Source: Candidatus Dasytiphilus stammeri (GTDB lineage: Bacteria > Pseudomonadota > Gammaproteobacteria > Enterobacterales > Enterobacteriaceae). From it: 64,000 bases of DNA. The notes beneath the pieces were generated by a model. That model was not told where the DNA came from and did not search any database. It was given only the letters and a program-made list of their open reading frames with translations. Where the stretch lies: positions 495,036 through 559,035 of the forward strand of contig CP145881.1 in the NCBI GenBank assembly GCA_045690005.1. Reading direction: 5' to 3'. Shown here piece after piece: positions 56,177-64,000 of the stretch. Both the position numbers and the translations under genes were made by a program. Position 1 is the stretch's first letter. Every line of letters starts with the position of its first letter.

Positions 56177-56656
56177 CTAATTATTTATATTGATTTTTGC
56201 TAAAGCTGCCAATTTTTCTAATGCAGTTTTAATGTTATCAGGACTTTTCATTGCAACCTGACGCAACATTGCTGCACTTTTCTTACTTAAAGTTCTATGA
56301 TGCTCTGGTAAACTATTTTGGTTATTGGTTAGTTGTTCCCATGATGGATTTATATAAAAATTGATAGATACTAATGAGGGTAATATTTTAGATTTTAAAA
56401 TATTAATTAAACTGTATTGTTCATCAAGTAATCTTTTCATCCATTTAGCATTTGCGGTTTCAAGTATTAAGGTATGATGACGAATGTTAGCCACCCGGCA
56501 CCAAGCTTTAAAATATGAAGGAAGTATACTTTTTACTACACGATCTAAATTAATTAGTATTATTGCTCTACGTTGTAGAAAATTTAGTATACTGTATTGA
56601 TGCTGTTTAGCATCATCAAAAATCTTTATAATAGGGTATAGATTACTATAACGCAT
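56177..56656 (-). CDS. DUF721 / DciA-like protein (tentative)
   Basis: 159 aa. The core ..ILPSYFKAWCRVANIRHHTLILETANAKWMKRLLDEQYSLINILK...SINFYINP resembles the DciA/DUF721 core as I remember it (..L..HC.VA..R.G.L.L...D..WATRLRY....L...L......I...V.P). Divergent from secA. No E. coli K-12 homologue that I can recall. Confidence 0.5.
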   Translation of the reverse strand: MRYSNLYPIIKIFDDAKQHQYSILNFLQRRAIILINLDRVVKSILPSYFKAWCRVANIRHHTLILETANAKWMKRLLDEQYSLINILKSKILPSLVSINFYINPSWEQLTNNQNSLPEHHRTLSKKSAAMLRQVAMKSPDNIKTALEKLAALAKININN

Positions 56657-56829
56657 AATGGTCTTACCGTCATTGATAGTATTGATTAGGATATTAAATA
56701 TAATTAATAATATTATAAATATGCAATAGATTTATAAATCTATTAAAAACACAACCTAGGTTCGTATTATTAATTACAATATTTTATATTAATTATAATC
56801 AAACTATATAATAAAGAGATTTAATTTTT

Positions 56830-59499
56830 ATGTTATTAAAATTTTTAAATAAAATTTTTGGTACTAGAAATGATCGTATACTTAATAGCATGAATCACCT
56901 TGTAGATACCATTAATCAACTAGAAAATAAATTTAGTCAACTATCTAATGAAGCACTAAAGAAACAAACTAATCTATTTCGTTTGCGTTTAGAAGCCGGA
57001 GAAAAGTTAGAAAATTTGATTCCTGATGCTTTTGCTACTGTACGTGAAGCTAGTAAACGTGTTTTTAATATGCGACCTTTTGATGTTCAGTTACTTGGTG
57101 GAATAGTATTAAACAATCGTTGTATTGCGGAAATGCGTACTGGTGAAGGTAAAACATTAACCGCAACATTACCAGCATACTTAAATGCTCTTACAGGAAA
57201 AGGCGTACATATAGTTACTGTTAATGATTATTTAGCTAAGCGAGATGCGGAGATTAATCGTCCTTTATTTGAATTTCTTGAACTTACGGTAGGTATTAAC
57301 TTACCAGGAATGTCTACCGCCCAAAAGCAAGCGGCTTATGCCGCTGATATTACTTATGGAACTAATAATGAATATGGATTTGATTATCTACGGGATAATA
57401 TGATTTTTAATCCAAAAGAACGTGTACAACGCCAATTACATTATGCATTGGTTGATGAAGTAGATTCAATACTTATTGATGAAGCTCGCACACCTTTAAT
57501 TATCTCAGGGCCGTTAGAGAATAGTTCTGAGCTTTACATTAGAGTAAATAATCTTATTCCAAAATTAATTAGACAAGATAAAGAAGATTCAAGGAGTTTC
57601 AAAGGTGTTGGACATTTCTTTGTAGATGAAAAAGCTCGTCAAGTTTACTTGACAGAACTTGGTCTAATTTTCATAGAAGAATGTTTAGTTAAAGAAGATC
57701 TTATGAATCAAGGTGAATCACTTTATTCTTCTTATAATATAATACTAATGCATCATGTTACCGCAGCTTTACGTGCTCATACATTATTTTTTCGCAATAT
57801 AGATTATCTGGTAAAAGATGGAGAAATTATTATTATTGATGAACATACAGGTCGTGCTATGTCTGGTAGACGCTGGTCTGATGGTTTACATCAAGCAGTA
57901 GAAGCTAAAGAAGGGGTACAAATTCATAGTGAAAACCAAACCTTAGCTTCTATTACTTTTCAGAATTATTTTAGACTTTATAAAAAATTAGCTGGAATGA
58001 CTGGTACAGCTGATACAGAAGCATTTGAATTTACTTCTATTTATAAATTAGATACCGTTGTAGTTCCTACTAATCGTAAAATGATACGTAGTGATTTATC
58101 AGATTTGGTTTATATAAGTGAAAGAGAAAAAATTAATGCAATTATTCAAGATATTAGAAAACGTACTGCTAATGGTCAACCTGTATTAGTAGGTACTATT
58201 TCAATTGAAAAATCAGAAATAATTTCTCGAGAATTAACTGATTCGGGTATTGTTCATAATGTATTAAATGCTAAATTTCATGCCTATGAAGCAGATATAG
58301 TAGCACAAGCGGGTCAGCCTGGAAAAGTAACTATTGCTACTAATATGGCGGGACGAGGTACAGATATTGTATTAGGAGGAAATTTGCAAGCTGAAATTTC
58401 TAAAATTAAACAACCTACTCAAGAAGATATTCAAAAGGTTAAGAATGCTTGGCAAATTCGCCATAATGCGGTGGTTAATGCAGGAGGATTACATATTATC
58501 GGAACCGAACGTCACGAATCTAGAAGAATTGATAATCAGCTCAGGGGTCGAGCAGGAAGACAAGGAGATCCTGGATCTTCTAGATTTTATCTTTCTATGG
58601 AAGATACTTTAATGCGAATTTTTGCCTCGGATCGATTATCTAATATCATGCGGAAAATAGGAATCCAATCCGGAGAGGCTATAGAACATCCTTGGGTTAC
58701 CAAGGCTATTGCTAATGCACAGCGTAAGGTTGAAATTCGTAACTTTGAAATTCGTAAACAGTTATTAGAATATGATGATGTAGCTAATGATCAACGTCAG
58801 GCTATTTATGCACAGCGTAATGAATTACTTGAATCACCAGATATTAGTGAAATTATTATTACCATATATGAAGATGTTTTTAGAAAGCTTATTAATAGCT
58901 ATATTCCCTTGCAATCTATAGATGAATTTTGGAATATTACTGGTTTAAAAGAACATCTAAAAATTAATTATGATATAGATTTACCAATTGAAGAATGGAT
59001 TAAAGATAATATTTTGATTTCCGAGCAATTAATTGAGCGAATAATTTTAGAGATTAAAAATATATATCAGCACAAAAGAAAATTTATTGGAATTGAATTC
59101 ATAAGTAATTTGGAAAAAAATTTAGTGTTGCAAACCTTGGATTCTTTATGGAAAGAACATCTAGCTGCTATGGACTATTTACGTCAAGGTATTCACTTAC
59201 GTGGTTATGCGCAAAAAGATCCAATACAAGAATATAAGCGTGAATCATTCGCGATGTTTTCTACTATGTTAGAAACAATGAAATATGAAATTGTTAGTAA
59301 ATTATGTAAATTTAAGGGAGATCTCAACCAAGGATTAGGTTTAAACAATCCAATATCAAATGGTAATACTCAAACTGAATTTAAACTTAGAGCATCTAAT
59401 AATAATGATGTCTATAAAATAGGGCGTAATGATCTATGTCCATGTGGTTCGAATAAAAAATACAAGCGGTGTCATGGTCGTGTTAATTTTCATGGTTAG
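56830..59499 (+). CDS. secA: preprotein translocase ATPase SecA
   Basis: 889 aa, [57 protein letters not shown]. The C-terminal zinc motif [14 protein letters not shown] is present. Confidence 0.97.
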   Translation: MLLKFLNKIFGTRNDRILNSMNHLVDTINQLENKFSQLSNEALKKQTNLFRLRLEAGEKLENLIPDAFATVREASKRVFNMRPFDVQLLGGIVLNNRCIAEMRTGEGKTLTATLPAYLNALTGKGVHIVTVNDYLAKRDAEINRPLFEFLELTVGINLPGMSTAQKQAAYAADITYGTNNEYGFDYLRDNMIFNPKERVQRQLHYALVDEVDSILIDEARTPLIISGPLENSSELYIRVNNLIPKLIRQDKEDSRSFKGVGHFFVDEKARQVYLTELGLIFIEECLVKEDLMNQGESLYSSYNIILMHHVTAALRAHTLFFRNIDYLVKDGEIIIIDEHTGRAMSGRRWSDGLHQAVEAKEGVQIHSENQTLASITFQNYFRLYKKLAGMTGTADTEAFEFTSIYKLDTVVVPTNRKMIRSDLSDLVYISEREKINAIIQDIRKRTANGQPVLVGTISIEKSEIISRELTDSGIVHNVLNAKFHAYEADIVAQAGQPGKVTIATNMAGRGTDIVLGGNLQAEISKIKQPTQEDIQKVKNAWQIRHNAVVNAGGLHIIGTERHESRRIDNQLRGRAGRQGDPGSSRFYLSMEDTLMRIFASDRLSNIMRKIGIQSGEAIEHPWVTKAIANAQRKVEIRNFEIRKQLLEYDDVANDQRQAIYAQRNELLESPDISEIIITIYEDVFRKLINSYIPLQSIDEFWNITGLKEHLKINYDIDLPIEEWIKDNILISEQLIERIILEIKNIYQHKRKFIGIEFISNLEKNLVLQTLDSLWKEHLAAMDYLRQGIHLRGYAQKDPIQEYKRESFAMFSTMLETMKYEIVSKLCKFKGDLNQGLGLNNPISNGNTQTEFKLRASNNNDVYKIGRNDLCPCGSNKKYKRCHGRVNFHG

Positions 59500-59644
59500 T
59501 TTCATCAGGAATATAAAGGCATTTTCTTTCATTTAACCATTCATCTAAATCGATTAACTTACAATGATTACTACAGAAAGGACGCCACATATTATCTTGA
59601 TTCCAGATAATTGGTTTACTACAGATTGGACATTGAACTTTCAT
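59483..59644 (-). CDS. yacG: DNA gyrase inhibitor YacG (zinc finger); below the ORF-track size cutoff
   Basis: 53 aa read from the minus strand: [53 protein letters not shown]. It matches E. coli YacG (..[42 protein letters not shown]). The 3' end overlaps the secA 3' end by 17 nt. Confidence 0.85.
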   Translation of the reverse strand: MKVQCPICSKPIIWNQDNMWRPFCSNHCKLIDLDEWLNERKCLYIPDETNHEN

Positions 59645-59648
59645 TCTT

Positions 59649-60259
59649 TTATTCATTGGTTTCAGCTAAGGCCAGAGATAAATAATATTGATGTAACTTA
59701 TTAAGTTTTGAAATCAACATTATTTTTGATCCATCATTATCAATGATATCATCTGCAATTGCAAGTTTCTCTTCTCTTGTAGCTTGCAAAGAAATGATTT
59801 TATCAGCTTGTTGACGACTAACCCGGTCACGTGACATAGTTCTCATTAACTGTGTTTCCCGATCTACATCAACTACTAATACCCGTTTAGCTAAGTTATA
59901 AAGTTTATTTTCTACTAATAAGGGCACGACCCAGAGACACAACATCGATGTACTCTGAGCCAATTTAAGATTAGTTTCATGATTAATTATAGGATGAAGT
60001 AAATTATTTAACCAAATTTTGTCGGTTGGTGAATGAATAATTATTTGACGTAATTTAGCTCGATTCAGAGTTCCATCTTGATTCAAAATACTATTACCAA
60101 ATTTTTTTTTATGGCAATCAGGGCTGGTTTTCCTGGTTCAACTATTTGGCGAGAGATTACATCAGCATCTACTACATCAACACCTAATTTAGCAAATTCT
60201 TGAGATATAGTAGTTTTGCCACTGCAAATTCCACCTGTTAAAGCAATTTTATATGGCAT
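59649..60259 (-). pseudogene. coaE: dephospho-CoA kinase with a single frameshift in an A9 run (possibly still expressed through slippage)
   Basis: ATG 60259 opens [17 protein letters not shown]...PALIAIKK. The frame is lost at A9 (60102-60110 on the + strand as T9). The remainder is ORF 59649..60086 ([14 protein letters not shown]...). The two parts are 1 nt out of register, and together they are collinear with E. coli CoaE. Confidence 0.9.
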
Positions 60260-60293
60260 AAATTTATTCTAATCATTTACATTAACTAATTAT

Positions 60294-61250
60294 TTAATTA
60301 ATAATATCTCCTGGAGTAAACCATTCCCGCTTAGATTTAAGAAATTCTCTAACTTTCATAATTTTTTTTCCTGCAGTTTGTAGCTCTTCTATATTTAAAA
60401 TTCCATTTGAAGTAGCAATTTTAATTCCATGTTGATTAGCTTGTAAAATTTCTCCAGGTCGAGATGATTTAGATTTAGATAAACTTGAATCGATACTTGA
60501 TGCTTTCCAAACTCTTATCATGTGATCCTTAATCATAAAATAACTTACGGGCCATGGATTAAATGCTCTTATATAGCGCTCAATTTTCATTGCTGAAAAT
60601 GTCCAGTCAATACGAGATTCTTGTTTGCTAATTTTAGTAGCATAGCTTACGTTCTGTTCTGATTGTTTAATCGGACAGGTAGTACCCGTTATAAATTGTT
60701 TTAAAGTAGCTAACATACTCATTGAACCAAGCTTAGATAACTTATCGTAAAGTGTAGCACTCGTATCTGTATTTTCAATTTTACAGTGAATTGTATGTAA
60801 AATATCTCCGGCATCAATATCAGTATTCATTTTTATCGTAGTTACACCGGTTTCTACATCACCGGCACATAATGAACGTTGGATAGGCGCTGCCCCACGC
60901 CATCTTGGTAGTAGAGAAGCATGTACGTTAATGCAACCTAATCTAGGTAATTTAAGTACATTTTTAGGTAATCTCTTACCGTAAGCTACTACTACCATAA
61001 TATCCGCATTTAAAATTTTAATTTGTTGTTGAATATTTTCCTCAATAAGAGACTCTGGCTGTAAAACTGTCAGATTTTTTTCAATAGCTAGTTTTTTTAC
61101 TGGGCTGAAAACTAATCTTTTACCGCGACCAACATATCTGTCAGGCTGTGTTAACACCCCAACTACTGGATATTTATTAAGTAGTGCATCTAAATGACGT
61201 GCCGCGAATATAGGTGTTCCAGCAAAAATTATTTTTAAAGTATTAAACAC
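60294..61250 (-). CDS. fmt: methionyl-tRNA formyltransferase
   Basis: 318 aa from GTG 61250, LKIIFAGTP.FAARHLDALL......VGV.TQPDR..GRGK.L..SPVK, CINVHASLLPRWRGAAPIQRS. Confidence 0.95.
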   Translation of the reverse strand: MFNTLKIIFAGTPIFAARHLDALLNKYPVVGVLTQPDRYVGRGKRLVFSPVKKLAIEKNLTVLQPESLIEENIQQQIKILNADIMVVVAYGKRLPKNVLKLPRLGCINVHASLLPRWRGAAPIQRSLCAGDVETGVTTIKMNTDIDAGDILHTIHCKIENTDTSATLYDKLSKLGSMSMLATLKQFITGTTCPIKQSEQNVSYATKISKQESRIDWTFSAMKIERYIRAFNPWPVSYFMIKDHMIRVWKASSIDSSLSKSKSSRPGEILQANQHGIKIATSNGILNIEELQTAGKKIMKVREFLKSKREWFTPGDIIN

Positions 61251-61262
61251 CTTAACACCTCT

Positions 61263-61790
61263 TTAAATCATGTTAGTATGGTACTTTCGGCGTGCCTTTT
61301 TTTTCCATTTTTCCAATTTTTGACGAATTAGATGACGTTTGATTGGTGAAAGATAATCAATAAACAACTTGCCTACTAAATGATCCATTTCATGTTGGAT
61401 GCAAACTGCCATTAAGTTATTAGCTTCAATAGTAAAAGGATTATTTTTTAGATCTAAAGCCATAATTTTTACAGTTTTAGATCTTGGAATAAAGGCTCTT
61501 TGTTGTGGAATAGATAAACATCCTTCTTCAATACTAATACTACCTTTTTTTTCTAAAAATTCTGGATTAATTAATACTAAAGGTTCGTTGCGTAAGGTTG
61601 AGATATCAATAACAATAATCTGCTGATGTAAATTAATTTGTGTAGCTGCTAGGCCAATACCCTCCTTTTCATACATGGTTTCCAACATGTTATCAACAAT
61701 TTTTGTGATAGTTTTATCTACTTTTTGAACCGGTATAGCAATTTTTCTCAGCCGATTATCAGGATAAGTTAATAGCTTCATAATTGTCAT
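61263..61790 (-). CDS. def: peptide deformylase
   Basis: 175 aa with [13 protein letters not shown] and QHEMDHL metal-site motifs. Part of the def-fmt operon. Confidence 0.96.
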   Translation of the reverse strand: MTIMKLLTYPDNRLRKIAIPVQKVDKTITKIVDNMLETMYEKEGIGLAATQINLHQQIIVIDISTLRNEPLVLINPEFLEKKGSISIEEGCLSIPQQRAFIPRSKTVKIMALDLKNNPFTIEANNLMAVCIQHEMDHLVGKLFIDYLSPIKRHLIRQKLEKWKKKARRKYHTNMI

Positions 61791-61811
61791 AAATTTTCAT
61801 ATTTAGTTATT

Positions 61812-61857
61812 TATTATTTATAATAATTACTAATAATAGTAATTATTATAAATAATA
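61812..61857. repeat. Perfect inverted repeat, 21-bp arms and 4-nt spacer, filling the def / tsaC divergent spacer
   Basis: ttattatttataataattacta (arm 61812-61832), ataa, tagtaattattataaataa (arm 61837-61857), verified base by base. The last base is the A of the tsaC ATG. Confidence 0.9.
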
Positions 61858-62423
61858 TGAATCTTAAGAAGAAGATAGAATTTTTTTTAAAAAAACTACA
61901 TGAAGATGCGGTTATTGCTTATCCAACCGAAGCTGTCTTTGGTTTAGGCTGTAATCCAGATAGTAAAAAAGCTGTAATGCAGTTATTATCTTTAAAACAG
62001 CGTCCCATTGAAAAAGGATTAATTCTGATTGCGGCCGATTATGAACAAATCAAACCTTATATTGCTGATGAGCAATTATCATCAAAACAACATGAAATTC
62101 TTAATTCTATATGGCCTGGACCAATTACATTGGTGCTTCCCGCAAATCATAAAACTCCATATTGGATTACTGGGATATTTTCTTCTGTAGCAGTTCGTGT
62201 AAGTAATTATCATCCAGTAAAAAAATTATGTAGAGCTTTTAAAAAACCCTTAGTTTCAACGAGTGCAAATTTTAATGGGGCTCCTCCATGTCGTTCAGTA
62301 GAAGAAATCCGAAATCAATTTGGTTATCAATTATTAGTTTATCCTGGTAAAGTGGGAAAATTGCAGCATCCAACAGAAATTAGAGATATATTTACTGGTA
62401 AATTGATTCGTTCTGGAGAATAA
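61857..62423 (+). CDS. tsaC: L-threonylcarbamoyladenylate synthase TsaC (YrdC/RimN)
   Basis: 188 aa, [66 protein letters not shown]. Confidence 0.93.
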   Translation: MNLKKKIEFFLKKLHEDAVIAYPTEAVFGLGCNPDSKKAVMQLLSLKQRPIEKGLILIAADYEQIKPYIADEQLSSKQHEILNSIWPGPITLVLPANHKTPYWITGIFSSVAVRVSNYHPVKKLCRAFKKPLVSTSANFNGAPPCRSVEEIRNQFGYQLLVYPGKVGKLQHPTEIRDIFTGKLIRSGE

Positions 62424-62427
62424 TCGA

Positions 62428-63255
62428 ATGATTAATTATGCGGTTTTTGGAAATCCGGTAAAGCATAGTAAATCACCACGTATTCATCAATTATTTGCTG
62501 ATCAAATGAACATGAAACATCATACTTATGGTAGTATAAGTGCATCTATAGAAAACTTTAAAGAAGAATTAAACAAATTTTTTGAATCAGGTGCACATGG
62601 TGCAAATATAACTATACCATTTAAAAAACAAGCGTATGATTTGTGTCATAAGTTAACGAAACGTGCTTTATTGGCTGGGTCAGTAAATACTATTAAAAGA
62701 TTAGAAGGTAATCAATTATTGGGAGATAATACTGATGGTATTGGGTTACTTATTGATCTAAAAAGAATTAATTTTATCAAACCTAAAGATAAAATTTTAA
62801 TTATAGGTGCTGGTGGAGCAGCACATGGAATTATCTTTCCGCTTCTATCTTATGGTTGTTCGATTATGATAAATAATCGAACTATCTCTCATGCTGAAAA
62901 AATAGTTCATAGATTTAAAAAATATGGTAAAATTTCAATTTTAACCAATTTCAACCAATATGATTATAAATTTAATATAATTATTAATGCTACTTCTTGT
63001 GGTCTCTATGGAAAGAAGCCTGAATTACCGAATAAATTAATTACATCAAGTACTTACTGCTATGATATATTTTATCAGTCTAAACTAACTCCATTTTTAC
63101 AATGGTGCAAACAACACGGATGTCAACAATATACTGATGGAATAGGCATGTTAATAGCACAAGCTGCAGAATCATTTTTATTATGGCATGGAGTATTGCC
63201 ACAATTCCAAAATATAATAAAAACCATTAAAGATGAAATGAGAATTTCTATCTAA
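62428..63255 (+). CDS. aroE: shikimate dehydrogenase
   Basis: 275 aa, YAVFGNP..HSKSP.IH..F, NITIPFK, GSVNT, GDNTDG.G, IIGAGGAA.G. Confidence 0.93.
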   Translation: MINYAVFGNPVKHSKSPRIHQLFADQMNMKHHTYGSISASIENFKEELNKFFESGAHGANITIPFKKQAYDLCHKLTKRALLAGSVNTIKRLEGNQLLGDNTDGIGLLIDLKRINFIKPKDKILIIGAGGAAHGIIFPLLSYGCSIMINNRTISHAEKIVHRFKKYGKISILTNFNQYDYKFNIIINATSCGLYGKKPELPNKLITSSTYCYDIFYQSKLTPFLQWCKQHGCQQYTDGIGMLIAQAAESFLLWHGVLPQFQNIIKTIKDEMRISI

Positions 63256-63297
63256 TAGAAAATGGTAAGATAAATTAGGTACTTACATATACTGTAA

Positions 63298-63370
63298 AGG
63301 GGCGTAGTTCAATTGGCAGAGCACCGGTCTCCAAAACCGGATGTTAAGGGTTCAAGTCCCTTCGCCCCTG
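63298..63370 (+). tRNA. tRNA-Trp (anticodon CCA); the 3' CCA is not contiguous with the discriminator
   Basis: AGGGGCGTAGTTCAATTGGCAGAGCACCGGTCTCCAAAACCGGATGTTAAGGGTTCAAGTCCCTTCGCCCCTG. Cloverleaf closely matches E. coli trpT. The genomic sequence continues CACCA rather than CCA. Confidence 0.9.
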
Positions 63371-63530
63371 CACCATAATAAGAAGAATCTTCAAGTAGAA
63401 TTTATCTAAATAGATCCTTAGACTGAAAGCTAATCTAGCTTAGCAGATTTTAATTAGGTAATGCTATGATATTATCTCATTTACTGTATAATATTTAACG
63501 TAATTAAATTTTGATTTAGGAGTAAATCAA

Positions 63531-63869
63531 ATGACTGTTGAAAGTTTTTTTACCAAGAGTCGTTTTTTTGATAATAAATACTATCCCCGGGGATTTTCCC
63601 GCTATGGGGATTTTACTATAAAAGAAGCGAAATTATTGGAACGTTATGGTTATGCATTTAATGAGTTAGATCTTGAAAAACGTTATCCTATAAATATTGA
63701 AGAGCAAAGATTTGTCGAAGTATGTCGAGGAAAACTTCCACCTGAAACCGAGCAGGAACGTGTTTGGATAAAATATATTACGCGCATTAAACGTCCTAAA
63801 AAGTTTCATACTCTATCTGGGGGTACGTCTATGGAAAACTTCGAAGATTATTTAGAGAATGATGATTAA
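63531..63869 (+). CDS. maoP: macrodomain Ori protein MaoP (YifE)
   Basis: 112 aa (same as E. coli), [40 protein letters not shown]......FV.VCRG...[22 protein letters not shown]. Confidence 0.9.
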   Translation: MTVESFFTKSRFFDNKYYPRGFSRYGDFTIKEAKLLERYGYAFNELDLEKRYPINIEEQRFVEVCRGKLPPETEQERVWIKYITRIKRPKKFHTLSGGTSMENFEDYLENDD

Positions 63870-64000
63870 ATCCTCAAAATTCAATATATTAAATCTATCG
63901 AAAGTCCAAATAATTTGATTACTGCTTACATTATACTTAATCTAGTGAATTACTAAATAGTTTATTAGAATATCGCATTGCTATAAAAAATTGTTTATGA

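Overview
This window is AT-rich (roughly 30-33% GC by eye) and very gene-dense. Its gene order is that of E. coli with many clean gene-sized deletions, which fits a reduced-genome Enterobacterales-type insect endosymbiont (Baumannia/Blochmannia/Buchnera-like). I cannot name the organism from the sequence alone.

I count 67 intact-looking protein genes (one is the rpsM fragment running off the left edge), 4 tRNAs (Pro-GGG, Asn-GUU, Phe-GAA, Trp-CCA) and 2 damaged genes (guaB relic, frameshifted coaE). All are housekeeping:
- rpsM-rpsK-rpsD-rpoA-rplQ
- purA-rlmB-rpsF-rpsR-rplI
- rplY, nfo, pyrD, asnS, folA
- ribD-ribH-nusB-pgpA
- cutA, gyrA, tadA, suhB
- iscRSUA-hscBA-fdx
- ndk-rlmN-ispG-hisS-yfgM-der, xseA
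- fabA-ycbZ-ompA
- pyrC, rdgB, ssb, dnaB
- apaH-apaG-rsmA-pdxA-surA, djlA
- rsmH-murEF-mraY-murD-murG-murC-ddlB
- secA, yacG, coaE, fmt, def, tsaC, aroE, maoP

Several starts were moved relative to the ORF track by alignment to E. coli proteins recalled from memory. Non-ATG starts are common (murE, murG, tadA, fmt, rdgB, yfgM, hisS).

I found no mobile elements, CRISPR arrays, prophage, toxin or defence genes, and no convincing novel multi-gene system.

The most interesting observations are:
1. coaE is broken only by a 1-nt deficit in an A9 run, making it a transcriptional-slippage candidate.
2. The dcw cluster keeps every lipid II synthesis gene but has gene-sized gaps where mraZ, ftsL, ftsI, ftsW, ftsQ, ftsA, ftsZ and lpxC should be.
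3. A DUF721/DciA-like ORF lies divergent from secA.
4. Long perfect AT palindromes fill divergent promoter spacers: 21-bp arms at def/tsaC and 16-bp arms at ompA/pyrC.
5. An 18-bp hairpin terminator for dnaB is embedded in the apaH C-terminal codons.
6. HscA lacks its C-terminal lid.
7. There are apparent fossil regulatory sites: an IscR box, and a degraded uvrA/ssb SOS box.

All homology statements come from by-eye alignment and need BLAST/HMM confirmation.
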